Below are positions 27,160 to 37,322 of a DNA stretch of 64,000 bases, in pieces. The notes below the pieces were generated by a model that was not told the DNA's origin, made no database searches, and saw nothing but the letters and a program-made list of their open reading frames with translations. This DNA comes from an uncultured Pseudomonadota bacterium (GTDB lineage: Bacteria > Pseudomonadota > Alphaproteobacteria > JACZXZ01), in NCBI GenBank assembly GCA_963749075.1, contig CAVVLJ010000021.1, positions 480,001 through 544,000 of the forward strand, given 5' to 3'. Each line of letters begins with the position of its first letter. The first letter of the stretch is position 1. Made by a program: the position numbers and the translations under genes.

Positions 27160-30137
27160 CGCGCCAGCCCTTCCGCAACGCCACGGGCGGCGTGGTCGAC
27201 CGCGCACGGCCGCTCCGCTTCGCCTTCAACGGCCGCGTTTGCGAGGGCTATGCCGGCGACACGCTCGCCTCAGCCCTCCTCGCCAACGGCGTCCGCCTCG
27301 TCGGGCGCAGCTTCAAATATCACCGCCCGCGCGGCGTCTTCGGCCTGGGGGCGGAGGAGCCGAACGCCCTCGTCCAGCTCGGCCAAGGTGCGGCGAGCGA
27401 GCCCAACAGCAAGGCGACCGAGATCGAGCTCAAGGACGGCCTCGTGGCCGCGAGCCAGAACTGCTGGCCCTCGGTCGCTTTCGACGTGGGTGCCTCGCTT
27501 GGCCTCTTTGCCCCGCTCCTGCCGGCCGGCTTCTACTACAAGACCTTCATGTGGCCGCGGCGCTGGTGGCTCGCCTACGAGCGGCCGATCCGGCGCATGG
27601 CGGGCATGGGCCGGGCACCCACGCTCCCCGATCCCGACCGCTACGAGCATCGCCACGCCCATTGCGACGCGCTCGTCGTCGGCGCCGGGCCGGCTGGCCT
27701 TGCTGCGGCATTGGCGGCGGGGCGCGCCGGCGCACGCCTTATCCTCGTCGACGAGGCGAGCGCCGCGGGCGGCTCGCTCCGCGGCGGCACGGCGACGATC
27801 GGCGGCAGGCCTGCGGGCGAGTGGGTCGCGCGCACTTACGCCGAGCTCGCCCAGCTGCCCGACGCCTTGCTGCTGAGCCGCGCCGTGGCGTTCGGCTATT
27901 ACGACCACAACCAGATCGCCGTCCTCGAGCGCGTGGCCGACCACCGCGGCGTGCGGCCGGGGGAGCCGCGCCAGCGCGTCTGGCACATCGCCGCACGGCA
28001 GGTGGTGCTGGCGGCGGGGGCGCACGAGCGCCCGCTCGTCTTCGGCAACAACGACCTGCCGGGCGTCATGCTGGCCTCGGCCGCGCGCGGCTACGTCAAC
28101 CGCTACGCCGTGCGGCCGGGCAGCACTGCCGTGGTCTTCACCAACAACGATTCCGCTTATGCCGCAGCACTCGATCTCGCCGCGGGCGGCGTCGCCGTCA
28201 AGGCGGTCGTGGATTGCCGCGCGCGTGCGCCCGAGGCGCTCATCGCGGCCCTCGCCGCCGCCGGCATCGAGCATGCGCCCGGCTCGGTCGTGCTCCATGC
28301 CACGGGCGGCCGCGCGCTGCGGCGCGTGATGCTCGCCAAGCTCGACGGCGCCGGCACGTCGCGGCAGCGCGAGATCGCCTGCGATCTTCTCGCCGTCTCC
28401 GGCGGCTGGAACCCGGCCGTGCATCTTCACGCCCAGTCGCGCGGCCGGCCGCGCTACGACGCCGGGATCGCCGCCTTCGTGCCGGGCCCGCCGGTGCAGG
28501 CCGAGCGCTCGGCCGGTGCCGCGCGCGGCACCTTCTCGCTCGCCGGCTGCCTGGCCGAAGGCGTTGCGGCGGGCGCTGCCGCCGCCGAGGCGGCCGGTTT
28601 TGCCGCAGCGGTGCACCTCGATCTTGCCCCCATGCAGGGCGCCTTCGAGAGCACCATCGAGCCGCTCTGGCAGGTGCCGCCCGGTCGGGGAGGGCGGCAC
28701 AAGCGCTTCGTCGATCTGCAGGACGACGTGACCGCCGCCGACATCGCCCTTGCCGTGCGCGAGGGCTACCGCTCGGTCGAGCACGTCAAGCGCTACACCA
28801 CCCTCGGCATGGGCACCGACCAGGGCAAGACCAGCAATGCCATCGGCTTCGCCCATGTGGCGGCAGCGCTCGGCAGCGGGATATCCGCCGTCGGCACCAC
28901 CACCTACCGGCCGCCCTACGTGCCCGTCGCCCTGGGCGCCCTGGCCGGCGCCGAGGGCGGGCGGCACTTCATGCCCAACCGCTTGACGCCGATGCACGCC
29001 TGGCACCTCGCGGCGGGCGCCGTCATGATGCAATCGGGGCCCTGGCGGCGCCCGCAGTGCTATCCGCGCCCGGGCGAGAGCCTCGAGGCGGCGGCCCGGC
29101 GCGAGGCGCTCGCCGTGCGCGAGCGCGTCGGGCTCGTCGACGTCTCGACCCTCGGCAAGCTCGAGCTCTTCGGTCCCGACGCGGTGGAGTTCCTCGAGCG
29201 CGTCTACATCAACCGCTGGCGCACGCTCGCGGTCGGCCGCTGCCGCTACGGGGTCATGCTGCGCGAGGACGGCATCGTCTTCGACGACGGCACCACCACG
29301 CGGCTCGGCCCCGAGCGCTTCTTCATGACGACCACCACGGGCCAGGCAGCCCTCGTGGCGCGGCGGCTCGACTATTACCGCAAGGTGCTGTGGCCGGAGC
29401 TCGATTTGCGCATCGTGAACGTGAGCGAGCAATGGGCGGGCGTGGCACTCGCAGGTCCTGCGAGCCGGCGGGTGCTCGCGCGCGTCATCGAGGGCCTGGA
29501 TATTGGCCCCGCGGCGCTCCCCTACATGGCGGCCGGCACGGGCACTGTCGGCGGCGTCGAGGCTCGCGTGCTGCGCATCAGCTTCTCGGGCGACCTCGCC
29601 TTCGAGATCTACGTGCCGGCCGGCCACGGCACGATGCTGTGGCGGCGCCTGATCGCCGCGGGTGCCGAGGACGGTATTTCGCCCTACGGCATCGACGCCC
29701 TCAATGCCTTACGCATCGAGAAGGGCCACGTTGCGGGCGCCGAGCTCGACGGCCGCACGACCGCCGGCGATCTCGGCCTCGGCCGCATGATCAGGCCGCT
29801 GGGCGATTTCATCGGGCGCCGCTCGCTCTCGCGGCCGGGCCTCGCCGATCCCGCGCGCTGGCAGCTCGTCGGCCTCGAGCCGGCGGACGGGGCGCGCGCA
29901 CTCCCTCCCGGCGCCAAGATCCTGGGCGCGGAAGCGAACCGCTACATCGGCGAGCTCACCTCGACGAGCTGGAGCCCGCTCCTCGGCATGCCGATCGGGC
30001 TCGGGCTCGTGGCCGGCGGGCGGGCGCGCCACGGCGAGCGGCTCAGCGCCGTCTCTCCTCTCGCCGGCGAGAGCGTGCCGGTGGTGGTGCGGAGCCCCAT
30101 GTTCGTCGATCCGCAGGGAGAGCGCCTCCATGCCTAG
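27156..30137 (+). CDS. soxA: Sarcosine-oxidase-family alpha subunit
   Basis: GRSFKYHRPRG, KRYTTLGMGTDQGK, GcvT-like C-terminus. Confidence 0.9.
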   Translation: MTRQPFRNATGGVVDRARPLRFAFNGRVCEGYAGDTLASALLANGVRLVGRSFKYHRPRGVFGLGAEEPNALVQLGQGAASEPNSKATEIELKDGLVAASQNCWPSVAFDVGASLGLFAPLLPAGFYYKTFMWPRRWWLAYERPIRRMAGMGRAPTLPDPDRYEHRHAHCDALVVGAGPAGLAAALAAGRAGARLILVDEASAAGGSLRGGTATIGGRPAGEWVARTYAELAQLPDALLLSRAVAFGYYDHNQIAVLERVADHRGVRPGEPRQRVWHIAARQVVLAAGAHERPLVFGNNDLPGVMLASAARGYVNRYAVRPGSTAVVFTNNDSAYAAALDLAAGGVAVKAVVDCRARAPEALIAALAAAGIEHAPGSVVLHATGGRALRRVMLAKLDGAGTSRQREIACDLLAVSGGWNPAVHLHAQSRGRPRYDAGIAAFVPGPPVQAERSAGAARGTFSLAGCLAEGVAAGAAAAEAAGFAAAVHLDLAPMQGAFESTIEPLWQVPPGRGGRHKRFVDLQDDVTAADIALAVREGYRSVEHVKRYTTLGMGTDQGKTSNAIGFAHVAAALGSGISAVGTTTYRPPYVPVALGALAGAEGGRHFMPNRLTPMHAWHLAAGAVMMQSGPWRRPQCYPRPGESLEAAARREALAVRERVGLVDVSTLGKLELFGPDAVEFLERVYINRWRTLAVGRCRYGVMLREDGIVFDDGTTTRLGPERFFMTTTTGQAALVARRLDYYRKVLWPELDLRIVNVSEQWAGVALAGPASRRVLARVIEGLDIGPAALPYMAAGTGTVGGVEARVLRISFSGDLAFEIYVPAGHGTMLWRRLIAAGAEDGISPYGIDALNALRIEKGHVAGAELDGRTTAGDLGLGRMIRPLGDFIGRRSLSRPGLADPARWQLVGLEPADGARALPPGAKILGAEANRYIGELTSTSWSPLLGMPIGLGLVAGGRARHGERLSAVSPLAGESVPVVVRSPMFVDPQGERLHA

Positions 30138-30696
30138 CGGCGCCTCCGGGATCGAGCTCGAGGCATGCGAGGCGGGGACGATCGCGCATCTCGAGGGTCC
30201 GCTCGAGGGCGAGGCGCTGGCCGCGATCCTGGCGCAGCTCGGCCTCGGCAGCCTGCCGCCGGCTGGAAAGAGCGGCGGCTCCGCGGGACGCCGCCTTCTT
30301 TCTATCGGCCCGGCCATCTGGCTCCTCGTCGAGAGCGCTGCGGCGCCGCCGGCGCCCGATTTGCGCGGCCTGCTCGCGCGCGCCTTCGAGGTGGCGCTCG
30401 ACGCGAGCCACGGCTGGCTGCGCCTCAGGGTCGGCGGGCGGCGCTGCCGCGAGCTTCTCGCCAAGGGCTGTGCGCTCGATCTCCATCCGCGCGAGTTCCC
30501 GCCGGGAGCCTGCGCCGCGACCGCCTTCGCGCGCATGCGCACGATCGTCTGGCGCTCGCCCGAGGCGTCCGGCTTCGAGCTCTTCGTCGGGCGCAGCTAT
30601 GGCGCGTCGCTTATGCACTGGCTCGTCGAGGCGGCCGAGGAATACGGCCTCGAGCCGCAACGGGAATTGCGCAACGCGGCAACGCCGGGCGCGTGA
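30130..30696 (+). CDS. soxG: Sarcosine-oxidase-family gamma subunit
   Basis: LAKGCALDLHP; operon position. Confidence 0.8.
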   Translation: MPSGASGIELEACEAGTIAHLEGPLEGEALAAILAQLGLGSLPPAGKSGGSAGRRLLSIGPAIWLLVESAAAPPAPDLRGLLARAFEVALDASHGWLRLRVGGRRCRELLAKGCALDLHPREFPPGACAATAFARMRTIVWRSPEASGFELFVGRSYGASLMHWLVEAAEEYGLEPQRELRNAATPGA

Positions 30697-30726
30697 GGCT
30701 CGGCCAAAACAGAGGAGGTACAGCAC

Positions 30727-31554
30727 ATGCTCAAGAGATTCGTTCCGGCACTCCTTGCCGCCGCCTTGGCCGTCTCGGCCGGAGCGGCGCACGCGGCGGA
30801 GGCACCCTCCGTGTGGGCGGACATCATGGCCAAGAAGAAGCTGCTGCTCTGCGTCATCCCCTCCTACCAGCCCTATGCCTGGAAGGACGAGAACGGCACC
30901 TGGCAGGGCTTCGCGCCCGAGATGGGCCGCGACGTGGCGAAGGACCTCCACGTCGACATCGAGTTCGTCGAGACCACGCAGGGGACCATCGTCCTCGACC
31001 TGCAGAGCGGCAAGTGCCACACCTACTTCGCCTTCAACGCCACGCCCGAGCGCGCGCTTGCCATCGACTTTGCCGGGCCGATCTACACGCTCGGCTTCAT
31101 CTTCATCGACCGCAAGGGCTGGAAGCCGCCGGGCAGCCGCTGGGCCGACTTCAACGATCCCGCCATCCGCATCTGCTACGTGATCGGCGCCAGCCAGGAG
31201 CAGCAGATCAAGCGCTATACGCCCAAGGCGACGCCGGTCGGCCTCGCCAAGGTCGACGACTGCCTGCTCTCCGTGCAGAGCGGGCGCGCCGACACTTATC
31301 TCGCCGCCACGCTCGACGGCCTGGTGACCAAGCAGAAGAACCCGGAGGTGGGCGACCTCGTCTTCCCGGTGCCGCCCAACGCGCTCCCCTCCTATGCCGG
31401 GATGCGCATCGATTCCGACGGCCGCTTCCAGAAGTTCATGCAGCGCTGGGCCGAGTATAATCGGGCCAACGGCAACGTGGCGGAGTGGCTAATCGGCGCC
31501 TTGGGGAAGTACGGCGTCAGCCGCAGCACGATTCCGTCGGACATCCAGTTCTGA
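30727..31554 (+). CDS. Amino-acid ABC substrate-binding protein (family 3)
   Basis: Signal peptide; collinear with 21483..22310. Confidence 0.88.
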   Translation: MLKRFVPALLAAALAVSAGAAHAAEAPSVWADIMAKKKLLLCVIPSYQPYAWKDENGTWQGFAPEMGRDVAKDLHVDIEFVETTQGTIVLDLQSGKCHTYFAFNATPERALAIDFAGPIYTLGFIFIDRKGWKPPGSRWADFNDPAIRICYVIGASQEQQIKRYTPKATPVGLAKVDDCLLSVQSGRADTYLAATLDGLVTKQKNPEVGDLVFPVPPNALPSYAGMRIDSDGRFQKFMQRWAEYNRANGNVAEWLIGALGKYGVSRSTIPSDIQF

Positions 31555-31619
31555 CTGCCTGTGGCTCGCTCGGGCAGGGCAACCCCCGGCCCGAGCGAGC
31601 CAGCTTCGCGAGGTACGCC

Positions 31620-32588
31620 ATGCTTCCGCCGAAAGAGCGCTTGACGATCTGCTTCGCCCATATCGCCTATCAGTTCCAGGCGCGCTTCGCCGCGCGCGCG
31701 ACCGGCATCGCGAGCTTCGAGGTGCGCGAGAAGGGCGAGCTCGAGCGCCGCATTCCCGAGGCCGACGTGCTGCTGGTCTCCGGCATGTGGCAGAACGACC
31801 TCGCCGCGCGGGCGGCGAAGCTCGGCTTCATCCAGTCGATCAGCGCCGGGGTCGACCAATATTCGCGCGACACGCTCGCCCAGCACGGCATCCGCCTCGC
31901 GAGCGCGCAAGGGGTCAACGCGCGCGCCGTCTCCGAGCATGCCATCGCCCTCATCCTCGCCCTTGCCCGGCGTCTGCCCGAGGCCGGCCGGAACCAGATG
32001 AGGCGCGTCTGGCGCGGCATGATCGGCGACCTCTCCCAGCGCGAGGACGAGCTCGGCGGCAAGACGCTCGTCCTCGTCGGGCTCGGGCACATCGGAGGAC
32101 GCCTGGCCGAGCTCGCCAAGGCCTTCGACATGCGCGTCATCGGCATCCGCCGCAATCCCGCGGCCGGCAGCGGCGGCGCCGACGAGGTGCACGGCACGGC
32201 CGAGCTCAAGAGGCTCCTCCCGGAGGCCGACTTCGTGGCGCTCACCTGCGCGCTCACCAAGGAGACGGAGAAGCTGATCGACGCCGAGGCGCTCGCGCGC
32301 ATGAAGCCCTCGGCCTTTCTCGTCAACGTGGCGCGCGGGCGCTGCGTCGACGAGCCGGCGCTCGTGAAGGCGCTTCAGGAGCGCCGCATCGCGGGCGCCG
32401 GCATCGACGTGACGGTGGAGGAGCCGCTCCCCCCCGCCTCGCCGCTCTGGGGCCTCGAGAACGCCTTCATCACGCCGCACACCGCCGGCGAAACGCGGCG
32501 CTACGAGGACAACGTCCTCGATCTCCTCATGGAGAACCTGGGCCGGTTGTGGCGCGGCGAGACGAGCTTGCGTAATCAGATCGTCTAG
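31620..32588 (+). CDS. D-2-hydroxyacid dehydrogenase
   Basis: GLGHIG, NVARG, EEPLP, ITPH. Confidence 0.9.
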   Translation: MLPPKERLTICFAHIAYQFQARFAARATGIASFEVREKGELERRIPEADVLLVSGMWQNDLAARAAKLGFIQSISAGVDQYSRDTLAQHGIRLASAQGVNARAVSEHAIALILALARRLPEAGRNQMRRVWRGMIGDLSQREDELGGKTLVLVGLGHIGGRLAELAKAFDMRVIGIRRNPAAGSGGADEVHGTAELKRLLPEADFVALTCALTKETEKLIDAEALARMKPSAFLVNVARGRCVDEPALVKALQERRIAGAGIDVTVEEPLPPASPLWGLENAFITPHTAGETRRYEDNVLDLLMENLGRLWRGETSLRNQIV

Positions 32589-32752
32589 GGCCCGAAGCTC
32601 TCCAGCAGGTCGCGCCACGGCGCGCCCGATCGCAAGAGCCAAAGGGCGCCGTTGAGAATGCGCCTGTCATCCACACGGGGAATACCGCGTGGCTTGTTTG
32701 GCAGCTTCGGCTTGATGGCACGCCAGTTATAGTCGGCGGGTTCGTGCCGCAT
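32585..32752 (-). mobile_element. IS5-family transposase remnant
   Basis: MRHEPADYNWRAIKPKLPNKPRGIPRVDDRRILNGALWLLRSGAPWRDL. Confidence 0.75.
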
Positions 32753-32817
32753 GAGTCGATGCTCCTCCTTGGGAGCTTGAATCGCGGCCGGTGCGAAGCG
32801 ATCAACAGCGAACCAGC

Positions 32818-32891
32818 ATCTCCGAAGTCACCCGCTAACCGGACATGAGGCGGACATTGGCGAATCGACGCGAATGACCCCAATGAGACAT
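32818..32891 (+). repeat. Partial copy (E) of structured repeat family
   Basis: Ends TGACCCCAATGAGACAT like the other copies. Confidence 0.5.
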
Positions 32892-33017
32892 TAGGCCGCA
32901 CACGCTATCCGTACCCAAATAGACGGCTTCAAAACTCTTCAGATGTGCTAATTTTCGATTTGGTCGGGGTTTTGTCCTGACCTGAGAACAAACAATTTGT
33001 TGCAATGGAGGTTCCAA

Positions 33018-33305
33018 ATGCCCGTCGTCGTCGTTGTTCATCGTCTCAAAAATTTTGATGAGTGGATTAAGATATTCAAGGCCGACCCCCCACCAAAAAT
33101 TGGCCGTTGGCGACTGTTACGCGGAAGCGACGATCGCAACCGAGTTCACGTTGTCGGGGACGTGGCAGCGTCGGAAGTTGAGGCCGTTAAGGATTTTCTT
33201 GGGTCGCAACACATGCAAAATGTGTTTAAGCGTGTTAACGCAATGTCGACGGCGCCGCTCGAATTCATCTGGCTCGAAGAGCTAGGGTCTGGACTCACAA
33301 TTTGA
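33018..33305 (+). CDS. Small hypothetical protein; last codons replaced by IS5
   Basis: GGAGG RBS; pre-insertion end reconstructs as WLEELAL*. Confidence 0.75.
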   Translation: MPVVVVVHRLKNFDEWIKIFKADPPPKIGRWRLLRGSDDRNRVHVVGDVAASEVEAVKDFLGSQHMQNVFKRVNAMSTAPLEFIWLEELGSGLTI

Positions 33306-34108
33306 TCCAGTAGAGTGCGCCGACGAGGGCTGCGGCGGCAAGGAAGTTTCTGGCCAGCTTGTCGTATCGGGTTGCGATGCGCCGCCAATCCTTGATGCGG
33401 CAGAAGTAATTTTCGATCTTGTGCCGCCTGCGATAGATGCGCTTGGGACAATAGGCTTTCTTGGTGGCATTGCTGCGGCTGGGGATGACGGGCAAGGCAC
33501 CTTCGTCCCTGATCTGCTGGCGGACCTTTTGGCTGTCATAAGCCTTGTCGGCCGCGACGGCGAGGGGCGGCTTGGGCGTGTCCAGTACCGCTTCGACGAC
33601 TTGGCTGTCATGGACCTGTGCGCCCGTGACGATGAAGTTCAGCGGGCGGCCTTTGCCGTCGACGACCGCATGGATCTTCGTGCTGCGCCCGCCCCGGCTA
33701 ATACCGATCGCCTGATTTTTCTCCCCCCTTTTGCGCCGCTCGCCGCGCGATGCGCTTTCACGATGGTGCTGTCGATCAGATAGAGGCTATCGTGCGATGT
33801 CGCGGCCAGCGCGTCGAAAATCCGCTTCCAGATGCCGCGGCGAGACCAGCGGTTGAAGCGATTGTAGACCGTCGTGTAAGGCCCATAGCGCTCCGGCAAA
33901 TCTCGCCACGGCATGCCGGTGCGCAGCACGTAGAAGATGCCATTCATGATCCGGCGATCATCCTCTCGCGCCTTCTTGCGAAGGCCCGGCATCAACGGCT
34001 CCAGCACAGCCCATTCCTCGTCGCTCAAATCAAACCGCATGATCCACCTCCAACCACGGTGAATCACATTCGGACAACTTTTTCAAGACATTATGCGGGT
34101 ACAGACCC
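33285..34108 (-). mobile_element. IS5-family (IS427-group-like) element, two-ORF transposase (34040-33295)
   Basis: Ends GGGTCTGGAC / GTACAGACCC, TA duplication within CTAG; IDSTIVKAH, IENYFCRIKDWRRIATRYDK. Confidence 0.92.
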
Positions 34109-34238
34109 TAGCACTCTAGTTAGCTAGCGATACGAGGGGCATTATCTGCCCCGTATCACGCCGACGTGGACGGTAAGTTCACGCCGCGCGGCAGCGTTTA
34201 GACCTGGATAGAACGCGCGCAGAGGTGCCAGCAAGTCG

Positions 34239-34357
34239 ATGTTGCTTCTTGGCACCTTGCGGCGGTGCCGGCAGCATGCGGGCGCTTCCGGAGCTGAAGG
34301 AATAGCTGCCGCGCCACTGACATGGGCGGATGACTCAGGCTGACCCGAAGGCGACAT
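34239..34357 (+). repeat. 119-bp structured repeat, copy A
   Basis: ATGTTGCTTCTTGGCACCTTGCGGCGGTGCCGGCAGC...GAAGGAATAGCTGCCGCGCC...TGACCCGAAGGCGACAT. Confidence 0.9.
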
Positions 34358-34656
34358 TCAGTACTGCTGTCAATGGTACGTAACCAGAGGGGAAAGCCTA
34401 GTAGGTACTCACCGGGTTTAGCCCCGCGCCCCTCTATTCAATCAAGATCGGCGCAAGCTGCTTCCCTGGCTTGAGAGCCGCGGCGCGTGTCATGGCAGGG
34501 CAGAATAAGGCGCGCGATAGATGAAGCAGAGTAGTCCGCGCAATGGCCTGTTGCTTCCGCACGTCGCAAGGCGTATCAACCCAAATGGCTCCAATCGCCG
34601 CTGGATGAAACTTCAGTGGCATGTCAACTTGATCAGACAAATCAGCGTCAGGGAAG

Positions 34657-34881
34657 ATGATCGCCAGCGACGATAAGAAGGTTAAAACTAACCCCGCTCA
34701 AAAAAATGAGGCCCCTCCGAAGAGCAAGGGCACTTCAGGTGTAGACCTATCCAAGGCTAAGGGCGGCGAGATAGCTGCCGACTTACCCTCCGGCTATAGC
34801 AGGGGCGAGAGCCAGAAACCGGTTTCCCAAGCTTATAAAGATAACTGGAACGTGATTTTCGCGAAGAAAAGAAAGCGATAA
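34657..34881 (+). CDS. Small basic hypothetical protein
   Basis: C-terminal YSRGESQKPVSQAYKDNWNVIFAKK looks like a conserved motif. Confidence 0.6.
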   Translation: MIASDDKKVKTNPAQKNEAPPKSKGTSGVDLSKAKGGEIAADLPSGYSRGESQKPVSQAYKDNWNVIFAKKRKR

Positions 34882-34939
34882 TTCGCGTAATGGAGCAGGT
34901 GTAGCCGGTGTAGCAGTAGCTCGGCGCAGTCAAGCGCTC

Positions 34940-35047
34940 GGCCGCTTCTCCTCGTTCGCTGCGATGCATCAACACGGCCGCTATCGAAGGGTAACCCGAC
35001 GGTCTGCGTAAATTGCGGCACCGCGGCCCATGACCCAAAGCAGATAT
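34940..35047 (+). repeat. Diverged/partial copy (D) of structured repeat family
   Basis: Central GAAGGGTA and terminal TGACCCAAAGCAGATAT. Confidence 0.55.
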
Positions 35048-35220
35048 TCTCCATCATGGCCCATATCTGAGTCAGCGCTGCCCAGGCCCGCGCTGGCGAC
35101 AGGTTCAGTTGGAATTTCTAAGGCGGCGCGGTGCGGATCAGCTCTCGCCAGCGCCGGTCTCGCGCGAAACATGCTCCGTCTGGACTACGCGGTACTGTAG
35201 GTCGATTTGCTCTGCTCGAG

Positions 35221-35703
35221 CTAACGCGGACCGACCTGCAACGGCGCAGGCAAGCTATCGGGGAGCTTGCCCAGCATCTGCAACGCCGCTTGCATACCGA
35301 TGATGTAGCCGTAATTCCCAAGTCCGCAGATGACCGCTCTAACGGCCGACGACAGTTTGGAATGCCGGTGCAGCTCATCGCGTGCGTGAATGTTCGATAT
35401 GTGGACCTCAATGATAGGACCTTCAAAAATCTTGAAGGCATCCAGCATCGCGATTGAGGTGAAAGAATATCCCGCTGGGTTGATGATGATCGCATCGGCG
35501 TCCTGGCGTGCAGATTGAATCAGGTCGACTAATACGCCCTCGTGGTTCGACTGATGAAACGCCAGGCGAGCGCCGGCGAATTTGGCGAATTCCTCGCAGC
35601 TTGCCTTGACGGTCTCGAGTGTCGTCCTGCCGTAAATGTCCGGCTCGCGGGTGCCAAGAAGGTTGAGGTTAGGCCCATTCAGAACCATCAGGCGTGCGGT
35701 CAT
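35221..35703 (-). CDS. aroQ: Type II 3-dehydroquinate dehydratase
   Basis: LNGPNLNLLGTREPDIYG, QSNHEG, IINPA, EVHISNIHAR. Confidence 0.92.
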   Translation of the reverse strand: MTARLMVLNGPNLNLLGTREPDIYGRTTLETVKASCEEFAKFAGARLAFHQSNHEGVLVDLIQSARQDADAIIINPAGYSFTSIAMLDAFKIFEGPIIEVHISNIHARDELHRHSKLSSAVRAVICGLGNYGYIIGMQAALQMLGKLPDSLPAPLQVGPR

Positions 35704-35751
35704 GGCTTTTCCTTTCGGGCCTTCAGTTTCTGGATTGTGAGACGGTCTAGC

Positions 35752-36065
35752 TTATTTTCCGTCATGGAACAGCGTCGCGAGCGCCTCGGTGGTCCGCACA
35801 AGGATGCCCGCGTCGACACCAACGGCCGTAAAGGTCGTGCCAAGTTCGATGCAACGAGCCGCAAATGCGGCGGCGGGTGTCAAGATGCCAGCGGGCTTGC
35901 CGCACGTGCGAATTCGCCTGATGGCATCTTCGATGATCATCTTGACCTTCGGATGGCCAGGTTCGCCAACGTGGCCGAGGCTCGCCGCCAGATCGGTCGG
36001 GCCGATGAACACACCATTGACACCGTCGATTGACGCAATCTGCTCCAGGCGATCGAGCGCCTCAG
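35752..36065 (-). pseudogene. 3' fragment of HpcH/HpaI aldolase
   Basis: GVFIGPTDLAASLG...GKPAGIL...GVD; N-terminal half absent. Confidence 0.8.
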
Positions 36066-36190
36066 CTACTGACGATCACCGCCCGATGATAGCACTCCGA
36101 AGGTACTCGAAGCCTCGATATCTTGCGCGCTGGCACGCCGAGGGTGCGACTTTCCATATCGGAATGACTGTCTGCCGGCGCCTATCGTGA

Positions 36191-36309
36191 AAGTCTGTTC
36201 GTGGCACCTTGCGGCGGTGCCGGCAGCGTGCGGGCGTGTCCGGGGTTGAAGGAATAACTGCCGCGCCGCCGACGTGGGCGCATGGCCCAGGATGACCCGA
36301 ACCAGACAG
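36191..36309 (+). repeat. 119-bp structured repeat, copy B
   Basis: AAGTCTGTTCGTGGCACCTTGCGGCGGTGCCGGCAGC...TGACCCGAACCAGACAG. Confidence 0.9.
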
Positions 36310-36462
36310 CCGCGATGATCCAGACCCGCACCGGCATCGTGGGTGCTTGCCCGACGTATCGAAACGGGGCAGATTTCCGTCCGGGCCAGAGAGCATCTGG
36401 GGCATGTAGGTCGCAAGGGGCCTCCGAGAGGATAGGTTTGGCCGAACGCACAGGAGCGAGCC

Positions 36463-36942
36463 ATGAGACAGGCAGGAAGAATTGCGGCGACGGCTGTTGG
36501 CGTCTTGCTCGCGCTGACTGCGGCGGCGCTACCGGCACGGGCTCAAGTCCCATGCTCGACCGTTTGCAGTAGGTACGATCAAGGTCAATGCGTTCAGTAC
36601 ACGCACTACGGCTGCGAGGGCGCGGCCCCGTCCGCCCCCGCCAACAGCTACGGCGCTATTGCCTTCGGCTCCAAGAGCAGGGCCTGGGGCGTGTCCTATC
36701 ATTGGGGCAGCGAGGCGAAAGCGGAGAGCGTTGCCATGCAAAGCTGCAAGCAGCACGGCGACGATTGCGAAGTGATGGTGTGGTTCGACCGCAAATGCGG
36801 AGCGGTGGTGGCGGCCGACGGTGCCGCCGCCTTTTGGGGGCTTGGCGACAGCGAAGCCGAGGCGCGCGCGGACGCCCAAACCAAATGCGAGCAAGGCGGC
36901 GGCAAGGGTTGCAAGGTGTGGGCTTATCAGTGTTCGAAGTGA
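36463..36942 (+). CDS. Secreted Cys-rich DUF4189-like protein
   Basis: Signal peptide; YGAIA, A...C...G.DC.V..W...CGAV, terminal C..W..QCS. Confidence 0.8.
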   Translation: MRQAGRIAATAVGVLLALTAAALPARAQVPCSTVCSRYDQGQCVQYTHYGCEGAAPSAPANSYGAIAFGSKSRAWGVSYHWGSEAKAESVAMQSCKQHGDDCEVMVWFDRKCGAVVAADGAAAFWGLGDSEAEARADAQTKCEQGGGKGCKVWAYQCSK

Positions 36943-37322
36943 GGGTTTGGAAGTCTGACCGCGGGCGAGTGAGGGTGCCTCTCATCGTCAGCCTCCTCCT
37001 AATTTTCCTTCGTCCCGCAATCGCCGACTGTGTGACCGGCGAACATTTCGCCTGTGTGACGCTGGATGGATTTGACGAGGTGGCAGCGGCGCTGAAAGCG
37101 GGCAATCCAAACGTCATTCACACGCCGGGTTGCGATTATACGGAGCCGGGTCACAAAGTCGAAGTAATAGGACCGATGGCCGCTCTCGCCGAACCCATTG
37201 CCATATTCTATGGCGATTCGGCAGTCACCAGAGCGAGCGGCGTGCCCGATGTATTTCGATCATTGGCGCAGTCAGGATGGATCCACGTCTGGACGATCAA
37301 GGAGAACGTTGTATGCAATTGA
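36939..37322 (+). CDS. Secreted hypothetical protein
   Basis: GTGA overlap; LIVSLLLIFLRPAIA signal; 4 Cys. Confidence 0.55.
   Translation: MRVWKSDRGRVRVPLIVSLLLIFLRPAIADCVTGEHFACVTLDGFDEVAAALKAGNPNVIHTPGCDYTEPGHKVEVIGPMAALAEPIAIFYGDSAVTRASGVPDVFRSLAQSGWIHVWTIKENVVCN

Noticed and set aside
27239-31183. 1314-aa ORF and other long Arg/Ala/Pro-rich ORFs (e.g. 46286..49366, 27270..29627, 11563..13827)
   Set aside because: Shadow frames of real genes in high-GC DNA; no motifs.
34359-34656. ORF 34434..34640 or an ncRNA
   Set aside because: No motif or convincing structure by eye.
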